From: a virus
IMG/VR virus record: IMGVR_UViG_3300042914_002215
Length of the DNA stretch: 64,000 nucleotides
Direction: 5' to 3' (one strand)
In this document: one piece after another, positions 40,434-50,932 of the stretch
Position numbering within the stretch: position 1 is the first letter of the stretch
Layout: each line of letters starts with the position of its first letter
The notes under the pieces: model-generated
What the model was told of the DNA's origin: nothing
What the model saw: the letters and a program-made list of their open reading frames with translations, nothing else
The model's database searches: none
Position numbers and translations under genes: made by a program

Positions 40434-41083
40434 TGAAACTCATCAAAGAACATATTGAGAATGTAAGATATCTTACCGAAAAAACGGAAGATGGTAAGAA
40501 ACAACTTTACATTGAAGGTACATTCCTTGTTGGTGATACAGTCAATCGCAACAACCGTATGTACAAAATGGACACACTTCGTAACGAAGTGCAACGATAC
40601 ACAGAAGAATACATCAATTCTAATCGTGCGCTTGGTGAACTAGGACATCCAGACACACCATCTCTAAATCTAGAACGTGTGTCACACAAGATTACAAGTT
40701 TGGTAGAGAACGGCAATACATTTGTCGGTAAAGCACTGATCATGGAAACACCATATGGTTTGATTGCTAAGAATCTTATTGAGTCTGGCGTTAATCTGGG
40801 TGTATCTTCACGTGCTTTAGGTTCTGTCGTTATGACTAAAGAAGGTTACAATCTGGTACAAGATGATTTGCGTCTTGCTACTGCTGCTGATATTGTTGCT
40901 GATCCTTCCGCTCCAGGTGCTTTTGTTCAAGGCATTATGGAAAACAAAGAATGGTTATTCGTAGAAGGTCGTTTTGTAGAATCTGATATCGACTATTCTA
41001 AGCAACAGATTCGTAAGGCATCACGCAGAGAGATTGAGGCTGTAGGATTACAGCTCTTCGAAAACTTCCTACGAAAACTTTAA
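40433..41083 (+). CDS. gp21: prohead protease gp21
   Basis: MKLI.E, NRN.R.Y, ALGELGHP, GVSSR.LGS, D.VADPSAP.AFV. Confidence 0.96.
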   Translation: MKLIKEHIENVRYLTEKTEDGKKQLYIEGTFLVGDTVNRNNRMYKMDTLRNEVQRYTEEYINSNRALGELGHPDTPSLNLERVSHKITSLVENGNTFVGKALIMETPYGLIAKNLIESGVNLGVSSRALGSVVMTKEGYNLVQDDLRLATAADIVADPSAPGAFVQGIMENKEWLFVEGRFVESDIDYSKQQIRKASRREIEAVGLQLFENFLRKL

Positions 41084-41087
41084 AATT

Positions 41088-41095
41088 TATAAATA
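41088..41095 (+). promoter_or_regulatory. T4-type late promoter TATAAATA upstream of gp22
   Basis: Exact consensus, intergenic. Confidence 0.8.
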
Positions 41096-41117
41096 AGAAA
41101 TCATAAGGAGATATTCA

Positions 41118-42212
41118 ATGGCAACAACTAAACTAATGGAAGCCGCAGCAGATATTCTTGCAAAAAGCAAGTCATCCGCTGGTGGTATGCCAATGCCTAA
41201 ATTAACTCAGAACACACCTCCAGGCAATCCTGGAACACCTGAAGATTTAGGTGGTCCTACACCACAGAATTATAAGAACAACGATGATTCTGCTAAGTTG
41301 ACAAATAAAGCAACTGCTAAAAGTGCTTCTGCACCTACAACAAAGCCTTCGGCAGCATCAAGCGACGTTCAACTTGGAGACAAGAACATGAAAGCAGGCA
41401 CAGGTACAGCAATGATGCCTGAAGAGACAGAAGAAGGCGAACTGGTGCTTGACGATGAGTCAGCAATCGAAGAAATGAAAGCACAAATGAAAGAAGATGT
41501 TGCTTCATTGTTTGCCGATGACTCAAACATCTCTGAAGATTTCAAAGCAAAAGCAGCGACAATCTTTGAAGCACGTGTATTTGACCGTGTTGCTCAGATT
41601 CAAGAACAATTGGAAGCAGAATATGCTGGTCAATTAGAAGAAGCTGTTAATGCTATCCGTGATGAACTCACAGAAAAAGTAGATGATTACCTGAACTACG
41701 TAGTAGAGCAGTGGATGCAAGAAAACGAAATCGCAATTGAAAGCGGTCTACGTTCCGAAATCACTGAGGACTTTATTGCTGGTCTGCGTAATCTGTTTGC
41801 CGAAAACTATATCAACGTTCCAGAAGATAAAGTTGACCTAGTAGATGAACTAGCATCTAAGGTTGAAGAGCTGGAAGTTAAACTGAATGAAGAAATTGAA
41901 GCAAATGTTCAGTATAAAAAACAACTTACTGAAGCAATCAAAGCACAACTGGTAAATGAAGTATGCGAAGGTCTTACAGCAACTCAAGTAGAAAAAATTA
42001 AAGCACTTGCAGAGAGTGTAGAGTTCTCCACAGAGGAAGAATTCACAGAAAAACTTGAGACAATTCGTGAGAACTACTTCCCATCAGGCGTAAAGAAAGC
42101 CAATGCTTCACAGTTGCACGAAGAAGTGGAAGATGATGGCACTGAAAAGAAAGTTGCCGCTGATCCATACGTCGCTTCGGTTGCACAAGCAATTTCTAAA
42201 ATCAAAATCTAA
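41118..42212 (+). CDS. gp22: prohead core scaffold protein gp22
   Basis: SEDFK.KAATIFEA, KVDDYLNYVVEQW..EN..AIE.GLRSE. Confidence 0.93.
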   Translation: MATTKLMEAAADILAKSKSSAGGMPMPKLTQNTPPGNPGTPEDLGGPTPQNYKNNDDSAKLTNKATAKSASAPTTKPSAASSDVQLGDKNMKAGTGTAMMPEETEEGELVLDDESAIEEMKAQMKEDVASLFADDSNISEDFKAKAATIFEARVFDRVAQIQEQLEAEYAGQLEEAVNAIRDELTEKVDDYLNYVVEQWMQENEIAIESGLRSEITEDFIAGLRNLFAENYINVPEDKVDLVDELASKVEELEVKLNEEIEANVQYKKQLTEAIKAQLVNEVCEGLTATQVEKIKALAESVEFSTEEEFTEKLETIRENYFPSGVKKANASQLHEEVEDDGTEKKVAADPYVASVAQAISKIKI

Positions 42213-42235
42213 AAATAAAATAAGGAGATACAAAG

Positions 42236-43579
42236 ATGTATTTGTCTGAAAATCTACAATCAAAATGGGAAAGCGTTCTGGATCATCCAGATATGCCAAA
42301 GATTGCTGACCCATATCGTAAAGCCGTTACAGCAGTCATTCTTGAGAACCAAGCTCAAGAAATGATCAAAGAAGGTGCAATCCTGAATGAAACAGGTTCA
42401 CCAACTAACTTTGCTGGTACAGGTGGTTTCAGTGGCGGTGCTGCTGCTGCTGGTCCAGTTGCTGGTTTTGATCCAATCCTGATCAGCCTGGTTCGTCGTT
42501 CACTACCTAATCTGATTGCGTATGACGTTTGCGGCGTTCAGCCAATGACAGGTCCTACAGGTCTGATTTTTGCGATGCGTACAAAATACTCATCACAAGG
42601 CGGTACAGAAGCATTCTACAACGAAGCTAACACAGCATTCTCTGGTGCTAATGGTGCTATCGTTGCTTCTTCAATGAGCATTTCTGGTAATACAACAGAC
42701 TATCTGTTTACAGGTAACGCTGCTCCAACAGGCGCAATGACAACTGGTTCTGCTGAAGCACTGGGTGATGGCGCTGCTGGTAACACATTCCAAGAAATGG
42801 CATTCTCAATTGAGAAAGTTACTGTAACAGCACGTACACGTGCTCTGAAAGCAGAATACTCAATGGAACTGGCACAAGACTTGAAAGCAGTTCATGGTCT
42901 TGACGCTGAGACAGAACTTGCAAACATTCTGTCTGCTGAAATTCTTGCTGAAATCAACCGTGAAGTTATCCGTACAATCTACAAGATTGCTAAGCCAGGT
43001 TGCCAAGCAGGTACAACAACCAAAGGTGCATTCAACTTAGACACAGACTCAAACGGTCGTTGGATGGTTGAAAAGATCAAAGGTCTGGCATTCCAGATTG
43101 AGCGTGAAGCAAATCAAATTGCAAAGACAACTCGTCGTGGTAAAGGTAACATCGTTATCTGTTCTTCAGACGTAGCATCTGCTCTTGCAATGGCTGGTAT
43201 CCTTGACTATAACTCAGCACTTGCTGGTCAAGTATCACTGACAGTTGACGATACAGGTAACACATTTGCTGGTACAATCTTCGGTCGTATCAAAGTTTAC
43301 ATCGATCCATACTTCCCAGTTGGCTCAACATCTGAGTTTGCTGTTGTAGGTTACAAGGGTACTAACGCATACGATGCTGGTATGTTCTACTGCCCATACG
43401 TTCCTCTACAAATGGTTCGTGCAGTTGATACTGGTACTTTCCAGCCAAAGATCGGCTTCAAGACTCGTTACGGTCTGGTAGCAAATCCATTCGCAGAAGG
43501 TACAGATCAAGGTCTTGGCGCTCTGAACGCACAGACAAACAACTACTACCGTGGTTTCCGTATTGCGAACCTGATGTAA
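42236..43579 (+). CDS. gp23: major capsid protein gp23
   Basis: DP.LISLVRR..PNLIAYD.CGVQPM.GPTGLIFAMR, RALKAEYS.ELAQDLKAVHGLDAE, FQPKIGFKTRYG. Confidence 0.98.
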   Translation: MYLSENLQSKWESVLDHPDMPKIADPYRKAVTAVILENQAQEMIKEGAILNETGSPTNFAGTGGFSGGAAAAGPVAGFDPILISLVRRSLPNLIAYDVCGVQPMTGPTGLIFAMRTKYSSQGGTEAFYNEANTAFSGANGAIVASSMSISGNTTDYLFTGNAAPTGAMTTGSAEALGDGAAGNTFQEMAFSIEKVTVTARTRALKAEYSMELAQDLKAVHGLDAETELANILSAEILAEINREVIRTIYKIAKPGCQAGTTTKGAFNLDTDSNGRWMVEKIKGLAFQIEREANQIAKTTRRGKGNIVICSSDVASALAMAGILDYNSALAGQVSLTVDDTGNTFAGTIFGRIKVYIDPYFPVGSTSEFAVVGYKGTNAYDAGMFYCPYVPLQMVRAVDTGTFQPKIGFKTRYGLVANPFAEGTDQGLGALNAQTNNYYRGFRIANLM

Positions 43580-43610
43580 TTGAAAAAGCCACCGCAGAGT
43601 GGTGTTTTAG

Positions 43611-43638
43611 AGAGGCTCCTTCGGGAGCCTCTTTTTTT
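43611..43638 (+). terminator. intrinsic terminator after gp23
   Basis: AGAGGCTCC-TTCG-GGAGCCTCT plus T-tract. Confidence 0.9.
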
Positions 43639-43643
43639 ACGCA

Positions 43644-43651
43644 TATAAATA
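43644..43651 (+). promoter_or_regulatory. T4-type late promoter TATAAATA
   Basis: Exact consensus immediately after the gp23 terminator. Confidence 0.75.
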
Positions 43652-43656
43652 GGAGT

Positions 43657-43872
43657 ATGACTCAGATAATTATGATTACCGAGTTGCTTGACATACGCAA
43701 CCGTAAATTAAAAGAGTTACAGTTTTATACGGATCAACTTCAAGAACTGAAGTTGAAGATGGCATATATTCAACAAGAAATAGATTTGACTTCACGTATC
43801 ATAAAAATGATTGAGCAAGAATCGTTGGTCGATCTAAAACAATACATAAAAAATGACAGTTCTGACACGTAA
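43657..43872 (+). CDS. hypothetical coiled-coil protein
   Basis: Heptad-like Leu/Gln/Glu pattern; fills the gap between the late promoter and gp3. Confidence 0.5.
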   Translation: MTQIIMITELLDIRNRKLKELQFYTDQLQELKLKMAYIQQEIDLTSRIIKMIEQESLVDLKQYIKNDSSDT

Positions 43873-44392
43873 TCCGACTAATCCAAACAGTCTACAGCCG
43901 AATAAGTTCACGCTGAATTTCTCACGTGCGCCTAATCTCCAATATTTTTGTCAGACTATTTCACTACCAGGTCTTTCAACATCTGAAATTCCAGTGCAGA
44001 ACCCGTTCGTTGAACTATATGCACCAGGTGAAAAGACTGTGTATGATGTACTTAACATTACCTTTATTGTTGATGCTGAGATGAAGAGTTGGTTGGAAGT
44101 ACATGATTGGATTCGTGCGATGACATTCCCGACAGAGTATGAAGAGTATCAGAATCTTGGTAAATTAACACAGTTCAATACAGCACAAGTCACTGCAACG
44201 CCACAATATGCAGATGGCGCAGTTACAATTTTATCAGCATCAAATAAACCATATTATCGTTTCAACTTCAAAGATTTATTTCCAATCTCATTGTCTGGCT
44301 TTGTAGTATCATCTACCGACACACCAGATACCATTATTACAGCAGACGCTACCTTCAGATTTACCTATTATAACGTAGAAAAATTATTCTAA
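43853..44392 (+). CDS. gp3: tail completion protein gp3
   Basis: N.L....F.L...R.P...YFCQ...LPG, L.I.F.VD.....W.E..DW, F.D.FP.SL; position after gp23. Confidence 0.85.
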   Translation: MTVLTRNPTNPNSLQPNKFTLNFSRAPNLQYFCQTISLPGLSTSEIPVQNPFVELYAPGEKTVYDVLNITFIVDAEMKSWLEVHDWIRAMTFPTEYEEYQNLGKLTQFNTAQVTATPQYADGAVTILSASNKPYYRFNFKDLFPISLSGFVVSSTDTPDTIITADATFRFTYYNVEKLF

Positions 44393-44424
44393 TTGTGATA
44401 TAATTCCCGTAAGGGAGATAAACT

Positions 44425-44859
44425 ATGAGCAAACTTGACGAAGTATTACAAATGTGGACTGCGGATTCTAATATCGACCGCACTGAACCAGGTAAGGCAC
44501 TGATTGACATTCCAAAATTACATTCCAAATATCTGAATATCTTATCGTCACATCGGCTACTGGCCAAAGAAGCAGAGTTTCAGTATAATAAATGGCGAAA
44601 GTTAAAATGGGAATACTATACAGGTAAACTAGATGAAGATGATCTAGCAAAATATGGATGGCAGCCATTTCCTTATACCCTCAAATCAGAGATCAATACA
44701 TACTTAGAAGCAGATGAAGATATCAATAAGTATCTTGCAAGAAAACTTTTGCATGAAGAGATTGTTGATGTTTGCCAAGCCATACTAAAAGAATTGAACA
44801 ATAGAACGTGGGAACTTCGTTCATTTATTGATTGGGAAAAGTTTATTCAAGGTGTCTGA
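44425..44859 (+). CDS. uvsY: recombination mediator UvsY
   Basis: W..DS.ID, IPKLHSKYL, KWEYY.GK, YL.AD.D, IDW.KF..G; extended -10 TGATATAAT at 44396-44404. Confidence 0.9.
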   Translation: MSKLDEVLQMWTADSNIDRTEPGKALIDIPKLHSKYLNILSSHRLLAKEAEFQYNKWRKLKWEYYTGKLDEDDLAKYGWQPFPYTLKSEINTYLEADEDINKYLARKLLHEEIVDVCQAILKELNNRTWELRSFIDWEKFIQGV

Positions 44860-46333
44860 TATTGTTCTCTACAAGCAAAATGAAGCATTCATCAAGTTTG
44901 ACTGTGAAAAAAGTATTGCACAAGAACTTGCCGACTACTTCACATTCTTTGTACCAGGTTATCAGTTTATGCCTGCGTACAAGAATCGTCTTTGGGATGG
45001 TAAGATAAGACTTGCTGATTTACGTACATATACTATCTATCATGGTCTTGTGCCGTACATTGAAAAGTTTTGTGAAGAAAGAGATTACAAACTTGAGATT
45101 GATTCGCCAGTAACTAGCACAGAGAACTTCTCAGCATTAGAAGCCAAAGAGTTTATACAGCAACTTCATCTAGACAAAAGCATTATAACAGAGGGTGTCA
45201 GGGAATATCAAGTCAAAGCCTTCTTATTTGCCGTAAGAAATAGACGAATGCTGTTATTATCACCGACTGGTTCTGGTAAATCTTTGATTCAGTATCTCAT
45301 TCTTAGGTATTTGCAACACAAAGGTTACAAGAAAGGACTGCTAATTGTTCCTACAACTTCTCTTGTTGAGCAAATGTATGCTGATTTTGTATCATATGGC
45401 TATGATGCCGCAGAGTATGCCCATAGACAGTATTCGGGAAAAGACAAGCATACAGATAAGTTTCTAACTATTACCACGTGGCAATCTATCTACAAGAATC
45501 CACCCGAATACTTTGAACAATTTGATTTTGTATTAGGTGATGAAGCACATCAGTTCAAAGCAAAGTCATTGACTACCATCATGACTGGTCTGAAGAATGC
45601 CGGATATAGAATAGGCTGTACAGGTACGATTGATGGTACGCAAACACATAAGTTGGTTCTAGAAGGTTTGTTTGGTCCAGTATATCAGTCTACTACCACA
45701 GCAAAACTAATTGAGAACAAGCAACTTGCAGACTTTCGTATCAAGTGTTTGGTACTGAAGTATCCAGATAACGTTTGCAAGATGTCACGTGAATGGGACT
45801 ATCAATCGGAAATAGACTACATAGTTAGTAGTAAAGCACGAAATGAGTTTGTTCGGAATCTAGCCTTGTCATTAGAGGGCAATTCACTTATATTATTCAA
45901 TCTGGTAGAGAAACATGGTAAACAACTTTACAAACTCATTAAAGAAAAAGCTGGTGACAGGCACGTTTTTTTTGTGTATGGTGGAACAGATGTGGAAGTC
46001 CGTGAGCAAGTCCGTTCAATAACGGAGAAACAGAATGGTGCGATTATTGTGGCTTCTTATGGTACATTCAGCACTGGTATTAACATTCGTAATCTTCACA
46101 ATGTTGTCTTTGCATCACCGTCTAAGTCTAGAGTTCGTAATCTACAGTCCATCGGCAGAGGTTTACGAATCGGAGACAATAAAACAGAAGCCGTTCTGTA
46201 TGATTTAGCAGACGATTTTCGTATTGGTAAACATGTCAACTTCACATTGAAACATCTCCAGGAACGTGTTAGAATATACGATGACGAAAAATTCAAGTAT
46301 AAATTTTACAATATAGAGGTCAAGAATGCATAA
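44852..46333 (+). CDS. uvsW: SF2 DNA helicase UvsW
   Basis: WDGKIRL, SPTGSGKS, DEAH, ASYGTFSTGINI, LQSIGRGLR; probable GTG start at 44852. Confidence 0.95.
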   Translation: MSDIVLYKQNEAFIKFDCEKSIAQELADYFTFFVPGYQFMPAYKNRLWDGKIRLADLRTYTIYHGLVPYIEKFCEERDYKLEIDSPVTSTENFSALEAKEFIQQLHLDKSIITEGVREYQVKAFLFAVRNRRMLLLSPTGSGKSLIQYLILRYLQHKGYKKGLLIVPTTSLVEQMYADFVSYGYDAAEYAHRQYSGKDKHTDKFLTITTWQSIYKNPPEYFEQFDFVLGDEAHQFKAKSLTTIMTGLKNAGYRIGCTGTIDGTQTHKLVLEGLFGPVYQSTTTAKLIENKQLADFRIKCLVLKYPDNVCKMSREWDYQSEIDYIVSSKARNEFVRNLALSLEGNSLILFNLVEKHGKQLYKLIKEKAGDRHVFFVYGGTDVEVREQVRSITEKQNGAIIVASYGTFSTGINIRNLHNVVFASPSKSRVRNLQSIGRGLRIGDNKTEAVLYDLADDFRIGKHVNFTLKHLQERVRIYDDEKFKYKFYNIEVKNA

Positions 46334-46748
46334 CGTAAAACTTATAAGAATGCAATCTGGTGAAGATATTATGGCTTCTATGTTTGAGCAGGAAGATTCA
46401 GAACAAGTTCAACTCAATGATCCTATGCGTTTGGTATTTCGTCGTATGCCTACAGGTCAAACTGTAATGATGATGATGCCTTGGTTGCCAGTTGAATTGA
46501 TCAAAGAGAACTCAGCATTAGTATATACTTCTGATATCGTCACAGTTATAGATCCAAAAGAATCTATGATTCGTTATTATGATAAGTTAGTTGAAAGAAC
46601 AATAAATGATATGGCAGATTCAGACAAAATGCTTGATCAGTTATTGGAAGAACAGGAAGAAGAAGAGGATGAAAGTCAACAACAAGAAGAAATGATGCAA
46701 GAGTTGTTGCAACACATTCAGGAAGTAAAAAATAAAAAGTTACATTAA
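46326..46748 (+). CDS. conserved hypothetical protein following uvsW
   Basis: VKLIRM.SGEDI...L.DP...MPWLP pattern; acidic tail. Confidence 0.6.
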   Translation: MHNVKLIRMQSGEDIMASMFEQEDSEQVQLNDPMRLVFRRMPTGQTVMMMMPWLPVELIKENSALVYTSDIVTVIDPKESMIRYYDKLVERTINDMADSDKMLDQLLEEQEEEEDESQQQEEMMQELLQHIQEVKNKKLH

Positions 46749-46762
46749 AAGGAATTTTTGTT

Positions 46763-48286
46763 ATGTCAAAAGTGGTGACATTTGTTATACCGAGCAGTGC
46801 TGCACAAGCATACCAAGCACTTGCAAATAAATATTCTGCTATTGAACCTCCAACATGGGCATTATTGTTAGCCAATGCTGTTCGTGTTGAAGGTTATGAC
46901 CCATGTATTTTAGACTTTGATGCCGAGCCAGCAAGGGACTATGAACATGCTGCACATCAAATTGCAGAAACAGGAACAGATATAGCAGTCTTTGTTCTTT
47001 ACGGACAAAATCCAAACTCAGGCACCACAATGATGATTGGTGCATCCAAGTTAGCAACACAACTCAAACTTTCCTATCCTTCAATCAAGATCGTATTCAT
47101 CGGTTCACATGCATCTGCATTGCCATATGAAGTCATTGGTCTATCATATGTTGATTTTGTATTCATTAATGAAGGCGTATATGGTCTGTTAGATTTGTTG
47201 CAGACAAACTATGTTGATGGTTTAGATAAAGTTCGTGGTCTTGTTTATAAGAAACATGGATTTGCTGCAACTGGTGCACCGGGTGAGATTGTACAAACAA
47301 AAGACATGGATCGTGTGATGCCTGGTTATGCATGGGATTTGTTACCAAAGAAAAGAAAACTGTTAGACAAATATCGTGCTCACTATTGGCACAACTACTT
47401 CAAAGATGATGATGGACGTACACCGTTTGCTGCTATCTCAACATCATTAGGTTGTTCGTTCGGCTGTAACTTCTGTATGATCAACATTGTGAATCGTACA
47501 TCATATGAACAAGGTACAGTATCATCTGACTCACGTGGTATGCGTTTCTGGTCACCTGAATTGATGCTCAAAGAGTTTGAATATCTGTATGAGAATGGTG
47601 TTCGTACAGTTCGTCTAACAGATGAGATGTTCTTTTTGAATAAAAAGTATTACATACCAATTCTTGAAGGCATCAAACAGCGTGGTATGGACTTCAACTT
47701 CTGGGCATATGCACGTGTTGATTCTGTGCGTAAAGATCAATTAGAGTTATTCAAAGAAGCAGGTGTGAATTGGCTGTGCCTTGGTATTGAAGCAGCAAAT
47801 CAAAACGTGAGACTTGAAATTGAAAAAGGTAAGTTTGAAGATGTAGACATTCGTCGTGTTGTTTCTGACATCAAAGCAGCCGACATTAACATACTTGGTA
47901 ATTACATGTTTGGTTTTCCTGAAGATACAATGGAAACAATGCAAGAAACACTTGATCTGTCACTTGAATTGAATACAGAACATGCCAATTTCTATGCGGC
48001 AATGGCATTGCCAGGTAGTCCACTGTACATGTACGCAAAGAACAATGGATGGGAATTGCCAGAAAGATTTGAAGAGTTTGCATTCTTGTCTTATGACTGC
48101 AAACCACTACGCACAAAGACACTTGAAGGTGCAGAAGTGTTGAAGTTCCGTGATGAAGCATGGCACAAATACTTCTCACATGAGCCGTTCTTGAATCTTG
48201 TTGAAACAAAGTTTGGTGCAGACTCACGTGCAAACATTGAACAGATGTCAAAAATAAAATTGAAACGAAAAATACTTGGAGATTGA
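46763..48286 (+). CDS. cobalamin-binding radical SAM enzyme (class B methyltransferase-like)
   Basis: N-terminal B12-binding-like domain (PP...LLLA, IG.HASALP, EG), CxxxCxxC = CSFGCNFC, DEMF, LGIE.AN, YMFGFP.DT, LPGSPLY. Confidence 0.88.
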   Translation: MSKVVTFVIPSSAAQAYQALANKYSAIEPPTWALLLANAVRVEGYDPCILDFDAEPARDYEHAAHQIAETGTDIAVFVLYGQNPNSGTTMMIGASKLATQLKLSYPSIKIVFIGSHASALPYEVIGLSYVDFVFINEGVYGLLDLLQTNYVDGLDKVRGLVYKKHGFAATGAPGEIVQTKDMDRVMPGYAWDLLPKKRKLLDKYRAHYWHNYFKDDDGRTPFAAISTSLGCSFGCNFCMINIVNRTSYEQGTVSSDSRGMRFWSPELMLKEFEYLYENGVRTVRLTDEMFFLNKKYYIPILEGIKQRGMDFNFWAYARVDSVRKDQLELFKEAGVNWLCLGIEAANQNVRLEIEKGKFEDVDIRRVVSDIKAADINILGNYMFGFPEDTMETMQETLDLSLELNTEHANFYAAMALPGSPLYMYAKNNGWELPERFEEFAFLSYDCKPLRTKTLEGAEVLKFRDEAWHKYFSHEPFLNLVETKFGADSRANIEQMSKIKLKRKILGD

Positions 48287-48288
48287 TT

Positions 48289-49059
48289 ATGGATTTGCAG
48301 AGACAAGCAAACTTATATCGTAAAGAATTATTTGAGAAGTTTGTAGAAGTTGGACAGGGACATCCTGGTTCTACATTCTCAATGTTAGAGATTGTGACTA
48401 CACTTTATCATGGCGGCTATGTTGGCTTTGAAGATAAAGTTCTTATCAGCAAAGGACATGCAACTGTTGCACTTTATCCTATTCTGAAAAACTTTGGAGT
48501 TATTGCTGAAGAAGATTGGAATAATTGGGGCAAAGGATTACCATCATGCTTGCGTGTGTTTGGTAACATTTCTATTCCAGGCATTGACATGACTTCAGGT
48601 TCATTGGGACATGGCGTTGGTGTTGGTGCAGGCATGGCAATTGGCAATCCAGATAGTCATGTGTATACAATCATCTCGGAAGGTGAACTGTATGAAGGTT
48701 CAACATGGGAAGGATTATTGTTCGTTGCACACCGTCAGTTGAAAAACATGACAATCTTTATTGATGTAAACAATCTTATTATTCTAGGAAAAACTGATGA
48801 TTGTCTGCGCCTTAATTCTATCAAAGACAAGCTATCTGGGTTTGAGTTTGATATTTACACTGTCGATGGTCACAACACAAACTCTATACAAGCAGCCTTG
48901 GATGCAGCCTCTAATCAACCAAAAATAATTATTGCAAACACTGTCAAAGGTAAAGGTTTTTCATTGATGGAGAACAAACCAGAATGGCATTACATGCAAG
49001 CAATTACACCAGAACAAATTGAACAGTGCCGTAAGGAGATTAATGATGCTACAGCGTGA
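48289..49059 (+). CDS. transketolase-like protein, N-terminal (ThDP-binding) subunit
   Basis: GHPG...S, LISKGHA, GSLGHG, SEGE..EG..WE...N, DGHN, TVKGKG, WH. Confidence 0.9.
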   Translation: MDLQRQANLYRKELFEKFVEVGQGHPGSTFSMLEIVTTLYHGGYVGFEDKVLISKGHATVALYPILKNFGVIAEEDWNNWGKGLPSCLRVFGNISIPGIDMTSGSLGHGVGVGAGMAIGNPDSHVYTIISEGELYEGSTWEGLLFVAHRQLKNMTIFIDVNNLIILGKTDDCLRLNSIKDKLSGFEFDIYTVDGHNTNSIQAALDAASNQPKIIIANTVKGKGFSLMENKPEWHYMQAITPEQIEQCRKEINDATA

Positions 49060-49957
49060 TGCATTTATTGAAGAAGTAAAGAAACGTTTAGAGACTGATA
49101 AAGATATTTACTTTCTGTCTGCTGACTTTGGTGCAGCAGCGTTAGATAGTCTACGTGAAGAGTATCCAGATAACTTTGTTCACTGCGGTATCTCAGAGCA
49201 AGCAATGCTTGACATTGCAACTGGTCTTGCATTGCAAGGTAAAAAAGTATTCTGTTACGCCATGGCACCATTCATCTCACTCCGTGCTATTGAACAAATC
49301 AAATGCGGTCCATCAATGATGAATCTGCCTATTGCTATTCTTTCTGTTGGTATTGGTATTGGATATGCTGATGCCGGTCCTACTCATTACATCACAGAAG
49401 ATTTTGCATGTATGCGTTCAATCATCAATCTGAATGTATACACATTAGCAGATGCAAGTTCGGCTAAACGATTGGCTAATCAAGTATTAGACAATCCAGA
49501 ACTGTGTTACATTCGTTTTGATCGTCATGATCAACCAGAACTACCAGTAACTAATTTTAAGAATGATCTGACTTATCGTTTGATTGGTGATACTGTTGAT
49601 AAATCAAAAGTGTTATTGATTGGCTCGGGTAAAATGTCTCACATTATAAGTGAAGTGTGTAGAGAAAGAGATGATGTTGTTGGTGTTGATTTGATTCGTG
49701 CCAAACCATTTCCATTTTCTTTCTCTAACTTGTTGACTGAGTGTAAGGGTGTAATTGTTGTTGATGAACAAACACCATGCGGCTCATTGGGTGCAGCAGT
49801 CATGGAAGATATGGCATCAAACTCCATATTAAAACCTATACACGTTATCACATTGCCAGAACAATATTTGTTTGAGAATGGTGGTCGTGAATATTTGTTG
49901 AAGAAACATGGTCTGAGCAAAGAAAATATCATACAAAAACTGAATGATTATTTCTAA
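49043..49957 (+). CDS. transketolase-like protein, C-terminal subunit
   Basis: RBS AAGGAG; LSADFG, GISEQAM, GPTH...ED, YIRFDR. Confidence 0.9.
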   Translation: MMLQRDAFIEEVKKRLETDKDIYFLSADFGAAALDSLREEYPDNFVHCGISEQAMLDIATGLALQGKKVFCYAMAPFISLRAIEQIKCGPSMMNLPIAILSVGIGIGYADAGPTHYITEDFACMRSIINLNVYTLADASSAKRLANQVLDNPELCYIRFDRHDQPELPVTNFKNDLTYRLIGDTVDKSKVLLIGSGKMSHIISEVCRERDDVVGVDLIRAKPFPFSFSNLLTECKGVIVVDEQTPCGSLGAAVMEDMASNSILKPIHVITLPEQYLFENGGREYLLKKHGLSKENIIQKLNDYF

Positions 49958-50930
49958 AACACCGTATAGACTGTCACTATTTGGTGGTGGTACAGATTAT
50001 CCAGCGTGGTTTGAAACGAAACAAACGAAGATAATCTCGGCTGCTATGGCACATTATTGCTATGTCAGTTTGAAGAAACTGCCGCCATACTTTGATTATG
50101 TAAATAGAGTTATCTACTCAAAGATAGAGAGTGTAAAAGACATTTCAGATATAGATCATCCTTCTGTAAGGGAGTGTTTGAAATACTATGGAATACCTAA
50201 TGGCATTTCTATTAGCCATGACGGCGATCTACCTGCTCGGTCTGGCATTGGCTCATCTTCTTCATTTACTGTTGGACTAATCAATGCTATTCATACTTAC
50301 TTAGGGTATCGTAAAGTAAGTAAATTCCAATTAGCAAGTGAAGCAATCAATATTGAACAAAACTATATTGGTGAATCTGTTGGTGTGCAAGATCAAATTA
50401 TGGCTGCATATGGTGGCATTCGTGTCATTGAATTATCTGGTGCTAATATCAATGTTCGTGATCTGAGAGTGAAAGATAGTTATGTTCTTGATCTTGAAGA
50501 ACACATCATGTTGGGCTTTTCTGGTATAGATAGACTTTCTGACGTACATGCCAAACAACAGGTGCAGTCAATCAAAGAAGGTAAGTCGGTCAAATTATTG
50601 GAAGAAATAGCATCTATTACAAATAATGCATTGCATATATTTGAAAGTTATGGTAAAATAAAAGAAATAGGTGAGTTGTTAGACTATCAGTGGAAACGCA
50701 AACGTGAACTCACGAATAGTGTTACAACTGATTACATAGATAACATATACACTAAAGCAATGAATGCTGGTGCGTATGGTGGTAAGTTGATGGGTGCAGG
50801 TGGTGGTGGATTCTTTATGTTTCTTGCACCACCAGATGCACATGAGAAAATAAAACAAGCAATACCTGAAATCAACGTATGGGTGCCTTTTGCATTTGAT
50901 TACGAAGGCTCAAAAATTATTATGGAGTGA
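49944..50930 (+). CDS. GHMP-family sugar kinase, HddA-like (heptose-7-phosphate 1-kinase family)
   Basis: TPYRLSLFGGGTDYP, DLPARSGIGSSSSF, G.QDQ..AAYGG, GGKLMGAGGGGF. Confidence 0.88.
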   Translation: MIISKTPYRLSLFGGGTDYPAWFETKQTKIISAAMAHYCYVSLKKLPPYFDYVNRVIYSKIESVKDISDIDHPSVRECLKYYGIPNGISISHDGDLPARSGIGSSSSFTVGLINAIHTYLGYRKVSKFQLASEAINIEQNYIGESVGVQDQIMAAYGGIRVIELSGANINVRDLRVKDSYVLDLEEHIMLGFSGIDRLSDVHAKQQVQSIKEGKSVKLLEEIASITNNALHIFESYGKIKEIGELLDYQWKRKRELTNSVTTDYIDNIYTKAMNAGAYGGKLMGAGGGGFFMFLAPPDAHEKIKQAIPEINVWVPFAFDYEGSKIIME

Positions 50931-50932
50931 TT

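Noticed and set aside
43588-43604. Small hairpin (CCAC...GTGG) before the gp23 terminator
   Set aside because: Only 4-5 bp; cannot be told apart from chance without comparative data
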